Shown here: positions 1-26,570 of the stretch, piece by piece | Layout: each line of letters begins with the position of its first letter | Position numbering within the stretch: position 1 is the first letter of the stretch | Origin: Amoebidium appalachense | Lineage: Eukaryota > Protista > Ichthyosporea | Assembly: GCA_963693365.1 (NCBI GenBank) | Contig: CAVNZM010000013.1 | Location: 2,443,817-2,507,816, forward strand | Direction: 5' to 3' | Length of the DNA stretch: 64,000 nucleotides | Notes under the pieces: generated by a model | Databases searched by the model: none | What the model was told of the DNA's origin: nothing | What the model saw: only the letters and a program-made list of their open reading frames with translations | Made by a program: the position numbers and the translations under genes

Positions 1-90
1 ATAACCATGTAGGCTTCATTTCGTGTTTTAGCAGTTAGCGGTTGGCTGCCCGCACACGGGCACCTATTAGCCAGTCAAAACATCAGATAC

Positions 91-190
91 CACAGATCAC
101 TAGACCGAGTTATGATTGGCTCGGATCAGATTTCACATATCACTAGATCGATTTTTGATTGGCTCAGATCGGTAGGCTTAGGTATATAAG
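91..190 (+). promoter_or_regulatory. Duplicated CCAAT-box module plus TATA box
   Basis: ~40-bp imperfect direct repeat (91-129 / 134-172), each copy containing GATTGG (reverse CCAAT), followed by TATATAAG at 183-190. Confidence 0.4.
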
Positions 191-479
191 CACGACAGTT
201 TTTAGCAGATCAGCAAGCTACAAACACATCTTCTGTGTTTAGCATCCACAGCCTTACAGCTATATATTCCTTTTCACCCACCCACCTACACCCACACACA
301 ACCCCCATTGATCCACACATACGTGCTGTTTTTTCACGGGGCGAAGACTTCCCCCGTTTTTTGGGCACATGGACCTCACGGATCAATAAATTGATGACTG
401 GGGGCTTGCCGTGGTTTACAACCATTGCAGGTTCACTTTCGTCCAAGGGGATGTCCCCCTAGAGGCAACACACGTCCCG

Positions 480-1670
480 GAGTAGTTTTCATAGAGAAGG
501 TTAAATTTAACGATGTCAAAAAGTGTGCCCTTTTATCAAAAGCTTATCAAAATCGATACCGGCATGGGACGACGTTTGTATTTTTTCGGCAGTCCCCTCC
601 CTCGCCCAATCGAATACAAGTATTTGGGGATTCCGGTGGACGAATGGGGCATATATATGTTTCAAACGGATGATCGACCGTCGGGTGGAGAGTGCAGGCA
701 GGTGTCTTCGGTTATTTAGGGATGTGTATCTTGCTACTCTTTCTCATACTGTCCACCTATACAATCGTCTTAGTATATTTCGCAAAATTTTCGCCCTTTG
801 TCTGAATACGGGTTGCCCTTACTAGCTATGGCACCCCCTGATACTGAACATGTTACTAATGTCCTCAAATCAATAGATGATTTCCACTACACAACTTGTT
901 GTATGTTTCTCACTGGTCTTTCCACACCTATCCCTAGACGCCTTTTTGGTTCTCTCTACGCACTCACACCACCATCACAACGCGTACACGAATTAGCCCT
1001 TAAATTTCACGAGCACATCACCCGCCTGTCCGCTTGTGCCCCGGACCACCCGCTCTTCCGGCTGCACGCATCCCCGCCGGACTCACCCCTCTATCATACC
1101 TCTTCCCTTCCCCATCGTCTCTGCCCATTGCCGAGCGTTATGTGGAAAGGCTGGCGACCCAACCGGAGGTACGGCTAGATCATAGTGTGAATATGAATAG
1201 TTTCAAGTCTATGGCTGATAGATATCTTTTTACTCTACTACGTGTTGAGTCCCTTCCGGTGTTAGGACCGCAAAAACACCAACTACTAGTAGCCTATATG
1301 GCGGATACGGTTAGAGAGTCTCGTTCATACATAGATTCGTTTATTCGTAATGTGGTGCGCACCATGTGGTGTAAAAACGCAAAGATGATTATGGATTGGC
1401 GGTGTACGTAATCGGTTTCTGGTGTCTCCTGCTCGTATGTGTAATATGTGTGGGGGGCGGTTTACTCGCGGCTGCATATCTATCAATAAGTGCAACCTGT
1501 TAGCTAACGTATTAGAACCGGAGGTTATTGGCGGTTTTATTCTCTTTTCTTCCTCTCTCTCTTCCTCAATATATCCGTTTTAAGATGACTCTCCTAGATC
1601 ACCTTATTAATGCTGCACAGTATGATATTGTGATCCGGTGCCTTAACTTTCTTTCGGAGCACCGATGCTA
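480..1670 (+). mobile_element. Degenerate non-LTR retrotransposon (family A), RT C-terminal region and Cys motif
   Basis: Frameshifted pieces FNDVKKCALL, IEYKYLGIP (RT 'YLG' motif), EYGLPLL and a downstream CNMCGGRFTR..C motif near 1430-1500; same layout as the 3' part of the element at 3.6-5.8 kb but diverged. Confidence 0.75.
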
Positions 1671-2613
1671 GCCTCTGCTTACCCATAATATGTAATAGGG
1701 GTGTCATATACTACGAGGCGCTCATTGTTGCCTAGCATGTACATATGTCACTGGCTGCATTTGATTGGCTGTGCTGGAAAACGCAGTAGGCCGTCGAATG
1801 TGGCTGGGCCTCCGGCAGTGTCCACGCAATAAAAAGTGTGTAAACCCCTCAGTGGTAACTCCTCCGGCCGGCTGGGCCCCGGGCGGGCATTGCGCCCCCC
1901 CCTTCCCATCCACCTGTCTCCTATTTTTTTGTATGATTCTCGAACTCCGCCCCAAGCCCCCCTCCCCCCATCAAGTCACTCCTATGTCCGGCCTCAGGGC
2001 TTGACTTGACTAATTGGTTGAGGTCAGGTGCTTGGTGATTTCAAGTCGCGACTTGAAGTCAAGTCGCCACACCCCTGACTGTCATTCCGGATCCGACGAG
2101 CTGGAGGGGGAAAAAATTAGGGACCAGGGAGAAAAAAGACGTGGGTCCACGTGACTTTTTCTCAAATTTCCTTCGTTTTTGTTTGTCTGTTTCACCATTA
2201 GGACGCACGTATAGTCCGCGAACCTGTTTTATTGTCACCGCACTCCATAAACAGATCTGCTAATATTACGCTCTCAGAGTGATCCGCGCACGCGTGCACG
2301 CGTGTCAGCACGGTGGCGTAATATACACTGTCACTCTATCAGGCCTGTTGGCACTGCATGCGCACTGGATCCCAGAAAGGTTGTGAATTACCAAATGCAT
2401 CTGAGAGCTCTCATTCACTGAGCTTCAGAATCTACCAAAAACGAGGAGCTCAGTCTGAGTAACGTTCTTGGTTTCCTATGAGATAAAAGACGAACTGGCA
2501 AAAATCCTCATGTGTGTGTTTAAAAAAAAAAAAAAAAAAAAAAAAAACTGCCGCAAAAGAGAGAGTGTGTGTATTGGTTTGGATACGTGTGCAATATATA
2601 TGTATCTGTTTGT

Positions 2614-2614
2614 T

Positions 2615-2659
<45 letters not shown>

Positions 2660-2753
2660 TGTACACATGTGTGTGTGTACATGTGTGTTTGTGTGTATGT
2701 GTGCGTGTGTGTATGTGTGTGTGTGTGTGTACATGTGTGTTTGTGTGTACGTG

Positions 2754-2796
<43 letters not shown>

Positions 2797-2801
2797 CGGC
2801 G

Positions 2802-2883
<82 letters not shown>

Positions 2884-2912
2884 GTGACACTGTGTGTGTG
2901 TGTGTGACTGTG

Positions 2913-2978
<66 letters not shown>

Positions 2979-3076
2979 TGAGTGCGTGACACTGTGTGCG
3001 TGCGTGCACGTCAGTGCGTGCATGCGCGCGTGTGTGTGTATGTGTGTGTGCTTGTGGGTGGGTGGGTGGGTGTGTG

Positions 3077-3125
<49 letters not shown>

Positions 3126-3153
3126 ATGTGTGTGACTGTGTGTGTGTGTGTGT

Positions 3154-3226
<73 letters not shown>

Positions 3227-3270
3227 TATGTGTGTGTGCGTGTGTGCGTGCGTGTCACGGTGTGCGCGCG
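2614..3270. repeat. Compound (GT)n microsatellite
   Basis: ~650 bp of interrupted TG dinucleotide repeat. Confidence 0.95.
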
Positions 3271-3449
3271 CGAGCCCGCTTGGGAGCAAAACAAAACGGA
3301 TGAGCTCAAGATTTACCCAATAGACGAACACAAGCAAGGCTTAGCGTTCATGATCACTCATGATTTGAGTGAAAATGGGGGAAAAACTACAAGTTGAACG
3401 TCAGACAATTAAATCTATCCAAACACCAAACATACATACATCCGGGGGG

Positions 3450-3483
<34 letters not shown>

Positions 3484-3579
3484 GAGGGGGGGGGATAATG
3501 AACCCGACTCCACCCCTGATTTAATTGTTACATTAATGTGTGTGTGTGTGTGTGTTGTGTGTGTGTGTGTGTGCGCGCG

Positions 3580-5806
3580 CTAGAATTCTTAATGATGTGT
3601 TTCTCAAGCCAATCAATACATCTAATAAACAGGTCGTAGTTACGCGTGTTTAGTATAAAATCAAGGATGTTGTAATTTTCAGGTAGGCTATCTTTCTGGG
3701 AGACTGTTGTGAATGTGACGTGTGTGTGTTGCGGTATTATGTGGTCTATCAAACTACATTTGGCGATACATGACCGTTTAAACTGGTGTGTGTGTGTGTT
3801 GTTTGGGCATGCAAACGATGCCACCTTATACTTATTAGATCTCCACTGTATAGCACGTGTACAGTAAAAGCGTGGTATGTGATCAATAATACCGTGCCAT
3901 CAGCTAGAGAAAGACCAATTCTACAGGAAGGTAATATGTATTTAGGTGTTACACATTTGCGAGTGCCATATTTGGCAATATGGTTAAGGCGGTCATTGTA
4001 TATAAAACGAGACATATTATTAAGGCTTAGTTTCTCAAGGTGTATGCTTTCATCGGGTCTGGTGTCGTGTGGTATCTTTTTCCATTTGTTATAATATTGC
4101 GTAATTATCTTGTGATTGTGTACATGTCTAATAAGTAAGTGGCAGTCCAAAGTCACACGCACACTTTTGCGGGGTTTATTTGTATTTGTGCCCGGGGGAA
4201 AAGGAGAGAGAGAGGGAAGGAAAGAGGGGAGAGGTGAGGAGAGGACAGGTCGGATAGAGAAGAGAGGGTGGGAGGGCAAATACTTCTTTAAGCGGCTGAT
4301 GTGCTTATTGAATTTCAGCGAGAGATGGGATACTCTAGCAGCTATTGGGACCAGACCATATATCGAGAGCGTTACAGGCCCAGGTTTACAACAGTTGTTA
4401 GATAGAAAGGAGGCAACTTCTGCTTCAAGGAAATTTGCCAAGGGTTTAAGCGCTCTAGTTCTCTCTTTCTTGATCCAAGCGGCGAGAAGGGGTAAACCAT
4501 ATTCACATGTCGGGAAGACAAAAGTGCGAATAAATGTAAGTCTAATAGAAGGATGGAGGGGTGTGTCTTTAAAATATTAGCCGAGAAGAAAGCTAACCGC
4601 TTACGAGCCAGCTCTACCCTCGTTTCGAAAATATGGGAAAACATAACACCAACAGAATTCAACCGGAACACTAAGATATTTGTATTCTGGAACTATAGGC
4701 TGGCGGGTTTAGATGATTATTTTGGTAAATGCGGTGTAGATTGTTGGCTATATCAGGTACAAGAACACCACATTTGTCTATGTTAAGGATCATAAGGTTT
4801 GCCTTGCACCACTCTGACACTACATCGAACAATCTTTGCAGGCGTCTTGGGGTACGGGCAAGGAGGGACAGATCATCAGCATAGAGAAGTGCAGGCGGAA
4901 AGTTATTAATAGGGTCATCATTTTCGGCATAAATCTTGACAGCCAAATCATCTATAAATAGGTTAAACAAAAAGGGGCTAAGCAATGAACCCTGCAAGAG
5001 ACCTCTAGTACCGTAAGCAAAACCATATGAAAGGTGCCCATTAACCACAGCTCTACCATAGGTTTGAGAAATAGTGCTTCTAACAAAACACCAATGCAGT
5101 GTGGTACACCCCGTGCAGCAAGCTTTTCCCATAGGAGACCAGGGGAGACAGAATCGTAAGCAGTTTTCCAATCAATAAAACCAACATATCGTGCACCAAC
5201 TTGCATAGAAGAATCGTGCTATGCCATTGTTTGAACATAACATGAATTGTTTTTACGAAAAGCGGATTGGCATGGGTGTATGTGAAAAATAGATTTAAAC
5301 CTAGGGTGATGTGCAAATAACCTAAGTAAGCAAGCTTTAAAGAATCTACGAACAACCTGGGTTAGTGTGATGGGGCGAAAAGATGATATGGGGCCCCCAG
5401 AGTCCTTCTTAACTATGGGGATCACTAAGGGATCTAACCAAGATGGCGGGACATGTCCACATTTAACACACCAAGAAAAGGGAGAGCTTAACATAATAGT
5501 AAGATCAGGTTTAATAGCACGATTGCTTTCCTTTTGTGGGTAGGAGGGAACAAGGATTTTAAGAAACCAGGCAGGAAGTCCATCAGGTCCACAAGACTTA
5601 CTAGAGCTATAACTAGATATTACAGACCATATGGCATCGGGACTGAAAAAGGGGAGGATCGGTTCTATGGGGATAGATGGGTTTACAGGCCACACGATAG
5701 GTTTCTGAGTGGGGGTCCTATCTTTAAACAGTTCCGAGAAATACTTATCAGAGTCTATGAGGGGGTCTCCAGTGGTATCACCAATAATACAAGCAGGTGG
5801 GCCAAA
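3580..5806 (-). mobile_element. 5'-truncated, frameshifted LINE (family B) reverse transcriptase
   Basis: RT motifs across shifted frames: KSCGPDG, FRPITL, QSAFRK, FIDWKTAYDSV, GLLQGSLLSPFLFNLFIDDL, LLYADD; 3' end runs into (CA)n at ~3540-3575; 5600-5806 is near-identical (reverse complement) to 63793-64000. Confidence 0.92.
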
Positions 5807-6223
5807 GTATACGTCACTTGAGTCCCTCCCGGGCCCCTCTATTTGTTCTCAAATTTTAATTTTTTTTCTCTTTTGACAGGATTTATTCGACGGAAAGATA
5901 TGCAAGTATGCACGGCATACTGAGAAGACAATAGCAAAAAATAAAAAAACTTCACGAGTTATCCAGTAACAAGTGCATACTGAGATACCTGAACACTGTG
6001 TGAAAATCATATAAATACTCAATGTGACGACCAACAGAATTCAACAAAAAGTTTGGGCTTGTAACTACAACGTTGATATAGCTGAGCAATTACGTGGGTG
6101 TCGTTCGTTACTCTAGCGCGACCTCTCGTTTTGGCTGCCCCTCGTAAGCAGAACACATCACATGCTGAGGCATGATCGAATTTTAGCTTACTTCTCAATG
6201 CTAGCTAGTTGATCGACTATCAG

Positions 6224-6677
6224 GAAGCCCAAGCTCAGCACGCAGTCAAAAAACACGGCAGCCATCGCATTACCGAAGTTTAACTACTTCTTGCGTGGGG
6301 GTGTTTGCATCAACCAGGCCATGCCCACCGTGTGCGCGCAATGTTACGACACAGGGTTGAACCTGTTGTGCATCGCGAATTGTGTTCTTGATACGGACCT
6401 GAACATGCAACTGTACCAAAAGGGATGCGCGCGCATGCGATGTTTCAACTCGCTGCAGAAGGCATGCCCTGATTGCTTCGATGCGCTTACGGCTTCTCGA
6501 GATGAAGCAGTGGCATGTGGTCTCACGTGTCTCGTCAGCAAATACCGGCTGCTTTACAGGCGGGGAAGTTCGGTTGTGTACCGGGACATGGAGGAGGATG
6601 GGGGGATGTTAAGGGTGTTTGGAAACCCGACGGATATCAATGCTGCGTCAACGCTTCTGCTTCCTGGTCTGGTGTAG
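6224..6677 (+). CDS. Small cysteine-rich protein exon, unknown family
   Basis: Non-repetitive open frame (track ORF 6291-6677, extendable to a CAG acceptor near 6223) with two similar Cys modules (C..CAQCYD..LCIANCVL / C..CPDCFD..ACGLTCLV). Start exon not resolved. Confidence 0.45.
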
Positions 6678-6801
6678 GCAACGAGTAGGCTCGATTTTTC
6701 TTTTTTCTCTCTTTCTTTCTCTCTTTCTTTCTTTTTGCGGTGTACATAGTTTAGTCCACGAAAATGCTATCTTGGGGGCGGAGAGGGATGGGGTGGGGGG
6801 T

Positions 6802-6853
<52 letters not shown>

Positions 6854-7160
6854 GGGGGGGGGGGGGGGGGGGGGGAGAAGGGGGTGGTGGTGTTGGGGGA
6901 GGGGAGGGGAGGCAAGTAACTGTGGCTTAGTTCTCGGAGTACGGTATGGCAACCAACACACACATACACGGTTACACACACAGTGTCACACACACACGTT
7001 CGCACACACACACGCACACACCGACACACACACGTACACACGTACACACGCACACACACGTACACACGTACACACACAGACACGTACACACACGTACACA
7101 CACGTACACACACACACACACAGTATCACATACACACGCACACACACACACACACACACA

Positions 7161-7207
<47 letters not shown>

Positions 7208-8520
7208 CGGAATTTGAACACACACACACGTGACACTGTGCACACACATGTACACAGGGGCACAGGCAACTTGTCAGTTTCAGACATGCAAACATGTATG
7301 TACACTCAACACCAAAAACACATACAGACCTCTGAGCAAACGTTGTGTGCATTCATGTACACACACGCCTACAACACCACTCAATAGCCCTCCGATCACT
7401 TCTATAGTACTTGAATACTTTTAGACGGCCGCGGTGCAGGGCATATATAAGATGTGATACTTAACGGCACGTGTGCGTATGTGATGTGTAAACCCACTAA
7501 AATCTTAGCTATTGACTTGTATATATACAAGTAGGTCTGTGCGCCGGCTGTCGCCGGCGCCAAAACATAACGAGACAGTTATTGATGTTGGGTTGTGTGG
7601 TTGTTACCTCCCTCTCCCCTCCCCCCCTCGGCCCCCCCCCCCCCCTCCCTGGCCCCCCCGCCTCACGCTTCCCCCCCCCCCCCCCCCCCCCCAATCCTGC
7701 AGTTGCCGGATCTGCCAAATGTTATGACCCTTTTCCCTTTCATTTAACACCCCCCCCCCCCCCCCCCCCCCTCCCCTCTTGCCACACTGTGTTATCAGCC
7801 TAGGGAGAGATTGCCATTGCCGAAGTACCAAGTTTACTTGTGGTCCTCCAAAAACATGTAGCTGAAAACCACCAAGTGCAATATGTTCTAAATTGCTTGC
7901 AAAATCTTTATAATATTATTATTATCTTGTTGTTTTACTTATTTTACAGAACTGTTTGGTAACCCGATGATATGCATGGGCAGGCAATAAAACTTTCCAC
8001 GTGCACTGAGTGCCAGGTGGGCAACATATTTCAGTGAAGTCTGGAATTGGCACCCCCCCCGAAATGTTCCCGAACATAAAATCATCATCCTACGGTGTCT
8101 GTCAATATACCATGCTCACAAGTCAGTACTGCAATTATACTATTCTCAGTTTACTTCAAAGCATCCCCCCCCCCCCCCCCCCCTGCCCCTCTTCCCATTC
8201 CCTGCCCCCCCAAATTTTTTATTTTATGTTTTTCATACTCAGTGACTAAAATTATGGCACCCGTGTTTTCTAGATATATTTCCTTTCGTTGTGTTCAACG
8301 TCTATGTGTGTGCGTGTGTGTGTACAAGTTTGATATTGCCTCAGTCTTGATATGCTGGGAACCCAACCGCCCAAATTTTGTCGGAAAACTGCGTCAGTGC
8401 ATATGCATGTGCGGCAAAGACACCAGCGGCATATATAACCATCGGTTGGGAGGTCTCTCACCCCTGGCCCATCTGAAACGATGTCGTATTGTATAAGATG
8501 TCGACGTCATGATCATCCTA

Positions 8521-8567
<47 letters not shown>

Positions 8568-8605
8568 AGAAACACACACATGTGCACACACACACACACA
8601 CATGT

Positions 8606-8696
<91 letters not shown>

Positions 8697-8765
8697 GTAC
8701 ACACACACACACACACACAATCGATATCTCTGCCACCACCACACACGTGTACACACGTACACATC

Positions 8766-9040
8766 AGCAGCTGATACCGGCCACTGCCCGAGCACGAGCG
8801 TCCCAGGAAAGCCCGTTAAAAAAAAAAAAAAAGAAAAAAAAAAGGAGTTCATGGAAAAGTTAACCCCACTAAATGATATTCTTTCTGATTTGCACGGTAC
8901 TTTACACAGGAAGAGAACCCTGACATATATTTACCACCCGACATCAATGTACCTCATCTTGATATAATGCTGAGGGGATATGCAGAGCAACCCCCCCCCC
9001 CCCCACCTGAGATAGCTCATTCTGTGCCTCGAGTAAGCAG
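8766..9040. repeat. Dispersed ~270-bp repeat, copy 1
   Basis: Shares CAGCTGATACCG, internal poly-A, ACCCTGA, CACCCGACATC, GCTGAGGGGATAT, ACCTGAGA and GCCTCGAGTAA in the same order with 48511-48775. Confidence 0.75.
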
Positions 9041-9275
9041 TCGGGCCCTACATTTTTGCACGCTCTTTCATTTTAATTTCAAAGTTTTCAAAATTCAAAT
9101 TTTCAGTCTCGTTATCCTATCTTCGTGTCGGATTCATGTATATGCCTGCATACAATACATATCAGAGCAACATACTCCGTTAGCATATTTTTTTCTTCAA
9201 AATTCATGAACCTTCATTCATTCACATAATACGTCCGGTGATAAGAAAACCAGCACAACAATCTTAGTTTTTGCA

Positions 9276-9314
<39 letters not shown>

Positions 9315-9696
9315 CTCCTCCTCCCTCCCTCGCTCCGCTCCCCCCTCTCCCCCCCCCTCCTCCTCCCTCCCCTCCCTCCCCCCCCCCCCCCCCCCCCCCC
9401 CCCTTCTCCCCCCTCATCCACAAATATGCTACGACACGTGCATGCTACGACTATCACCACCCACGAGTTTGCTCAATGGTGCAGAGTGTTGTCTCATCGT
9501 CTCATCCTCGCCACCCTTCGGAAGAATGAATGGATCCTCACCGATCCCCCCCCCCCCCCCCCCCCCCCCCAACTCCCCTCCTGTGTGCACGTGTATAACT
9601 CCAAGGACAAATGTCATTATCTAGCTAGATTGCACTGGCAATGAGGATGGAGGGCGGGTGGTGGTGGTTTTCTTTTCTTTCTTTCTTTCTTTCTTG

Positions 9697-9749
<53 letters not shown>

Positions 9750-10256
9750 CGTGCGTTTGTTTGGGGGAAGGGGGGGGGGATGAGGTTGTCGGTCGCCTGT
9801 AGTTCATGTGAGAAGAGATGAAGCATCCACCCGTCAATTTAACTAGGCAGGTGCCTGCATGATTTGGGCACGCTGTGCGTGTGTGTGTGTGCGCGTGCGT
9901 GCACGCGTATACGTGTGCGCACATGTGTGTGTGGTGGTGGTGGTGGTGGTGGTGGGAGAAGGGGGGGGGGGGGGGGGGGGGGAGCGGAGGGCAGAGAGGG
10001 GAAGCAGTGTTAGCATATACTGAGCCACTTCGGAAACTAGAATTCTGCAAGTGTCATTTTCAATATAACCCCCCCCCCCCCCCCCCCCCCCCCCAAACAC
10101 ATACACTCACACGCACACACATGTACCGACGAACCACGCGCACGCACGCACGCACGCACCCACACGCATGCGCGGGTGCACATGCACACGCACAGGCGCG
10201 CGTGCGCACACACACACAAACACACAAAGCACTAGGCCCACTCTTCGCCATCTCCT

Positions 10257-10295
<39 letters not shown>

Positions 10296-10428
10296 TTCCC
10301 ACACACACACACACACACACACACCCTCCCCCCTTCTCCCGTGTGTGCGGGAGTGCGCACTAGCATGTTTTGTGTCTAACGTTGTCATGCAAACACACCG
10401 ATGTATCTGCATCAACACAAATTTGTGT

Positions 10429-21296
<10,868 letters not shown>

Positions 21297-21717
21297 GTTG
21301 TCGTTTGGTGTCGACCAATGTCGTCACATCCACGCCCTGATACCTGTTTTACTTCGACTTATATAACTACTACAGAAACTCACGTAACGATCATGCACAC
21401 GACAGCCTGAAATATATCTCGTTCCAGCTTTCAGAAATCCTTGCTGGCCCAAGTCAACATGAACTTCAATGCTTGGCCCATGACAGCGACCTTTCCGATG
21501 CCTCAGGGTAGGAAATAAGAAAAAAGGTTGAGTTGACACAACCAAATTGTTAAAATATACACATGGGAACTACAGAAAATTGAAAGGCGAAAGGAAAAGG
21601 CACCAGCCTGCGCACTGGATGATACGCAGGTGAACTTATACCCGTGAATACAATCACAGAACTTATACAGACACATGCACTTATACCAGCTTTTGCGCAA
21701 GCTTTGCGCATATTCAT

Positions 21718-21729
21718 TTTGGCGCGAAA
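21718..21729. promoter_or_regulatory. Palindromic E2F-type site
   Basis: TTTGGCGCGAAA, ~420 bp upstream of the CSTF2 ATG, next to a TGCGCAAGCTTTGCGCA near-palindrome. Confidence 0.4.
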
Positions 21730-22144
21730 GTAAAGGGGGAGAACGAATTCGAAGAAAGAGTTACAGGGAGGGAGGAGAAGGAGAGGCCTAAAATATCAGG
21801 TTATTTGAAGCTGAAGGGCCGGGGAAGGGGGAAGGGAATTTAGAGAAGAGAGCTCGGAGGCCTGAGAGAGGCTAGAGATGGAAATTTGGGGGAAAGAGAG
21901 AAAAGGGTGGGGGGGGGGGGGGGGGGGGGGCACCGGTATGATGGAGGGCCACAGGTAAAGAGAGAGCATATATATATTTTTGTTTTGTAGAAGGTTGGTG
22001 CAATGGAGGGCCGGAGGTAAAGAGAGAGCATATATATAGAAGGTTGGGGAGGGCGGGTGACAGAGAGAGAGAGAGAGAGTGAGAGAGAGTGAGAGCCTCG
22101 GAGGGAGAGGGAGAGAGAAGAGAGCGGGGGGGGGGGAAAGGGAG

Positions 22145-22213
<69 letters not shown>

Positions 22214-22970
22214 CTCTCGGTCACCTTTGACGGGAAGAGAAAAACAAACAAGGGTCGATGTAATCTTGGTGAACCATTATACATCAATCGTTTGTGATCG
22301 ATATATTTCACCATCACGATAGATCGCACGATTCAACACACGGTGTTGACTGGCGTGTATCATCAAAGTACACAATTTCAAAAAGACAACAGAGAAAATA
22401 AATCAGAATGAAAACTTTAGTAAATACTCATCAGATGTAAAATAAACCACGCAAAAACAAAGTAGGAATATACCTTTGCACATGCCAAACGTCTTAGAAA
22501 AAGACACAACCCACTAATTCTCAGAAACCACGCATGCATCCGAGCAAATACTCTTCAAATGCAACACACACCACCCACACACAAAGTGACCTTCAACATG
22601 CGTCCAAAATCTCTAAAACCTTTCTTCATGAACGAAACAAAAAAAATACACCACAAACACACACTCTTTAAAACACGCCTAAAGTCACAGAAACCCCACT
22701 CCAAGGTAAATCCTATTCAGATGCGGCTCCAGCAGTCGATACGGTCCTCCTCTCATCCGAACGAACCTCATCTCCAGTCCCCAATGATGGCACCTGCGGG
22801 TGTGCATAGGAGAAGAAGAAGTGTGAGTGTATGTATGTATGTGTGGGGGGGGGGGGGGGGGGGGGGGAGGGGGAGGGGGGGAAGATAAGAATACATTACA
22901 GCAGTGCTGGAGGGGAGGAGGGAGGGGTTTGTGCAATCCAAAGGAAGCTGGGGGGAAGGGGGTGGAGGGG

Positions 22971-23102
22971 GGTTAGAATGCGGAACACAGAACGAAGAAC
23001 AAGTACATGACGAGTAACACGGAGCAGGACACAGGCAAAGGCAAACATTTAAGTATGCAACATTAGCAAGGCACACAGTATGAAAAATAAGCAGAGCCCA
23101 TT
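22971..23102 (-). mobile_element. Family X repeat copy
   Basis: Reverse complement matches 57907-58035 (TGGGCTCTGCTTAT..TTGCATACTT..TGTTTGCCTTTGC..GTGTTCCGCATTC). Confidence 0.75.
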
Positions 23103-23678
23103 CATAGGGAGGGGGGGGGGGGGGGGGCTTGGTATCATTCACGAGTAGTCTGTGTGCATGTCTCAGCGCTTGGGTGCCTGTGTTCGTGTGCCTTGTGTAG
23201 GTGTGTGTGTGTGTGTGTGCGCGCGCGCGCACGCGTGCGCCCGTGTGCGTGTGTGTGCGCGTTCGTGCCTGTGTGTGATTGAAATGAACTTCGCAAATTT
23301 GCCCTCCTCTCCCCATACCAACGTTTCCTCTGCTCCCCGCTTCGGATACACCAGGCAAAGCCTTTCGTAATGAGAGGAGGAAAAGGGGGGGGGGGGGGGG
23401 GGGGGGGGGGGACAACCTGTTACACCCCCTCCCCTTCCACTCCCCCCCCCCCCCCCCCCCCCGCACCCCTGCCCCCACGTACACCCACCCGCGTACACCC
23501 ATGCACCCGCTCATCCCCCCCCCCCCTCCCCCCACCGCCCACCCACCTTCCTCTCCCCCCCAAGCCCCCCCATCCACCCACTCAAACCCCCCCCCCCCCC
23601 CCAAAGTCCCCACCCCCCTGCCCATACACCTCCCCCCTTCTCACACCAACCCCCCCCCCCCCCCCTTCCTCCACCAAC

Positions 23679-23723
<45 letters not shown>

Positions 23724-23908
23724 CCCATCAATACAACACACCCACACCCACCGCCACTGCTTCTGCCCATCTCTCCTCGTCAAGATCATCTTATCCGACG
23801 CCTTACCCCCCCAACCCCCATCCCCCCACCCCCCCAACCTTAGATACCCGCCCACCCCTCCTCTTCCCACCCATCCCGCCCTACTCATCCCCACCAACCC
23901 TCCTCTCC

Positions 23909-23990
<82 letters not shown>

Positions 23991-24021
23991 GCGCGCGCGC
24001 GCGTACACCTACCCACCTCTC

Positions 24022-26570
<2,549 letters not shown>

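Noticed and set aside
21935-22050. ~55-bp direct duplication (ATGGAGGGCC..AGAAGGTTGG)
   Set aside because: Local duplication in low-complexity intergenic DNA with no functional signal.
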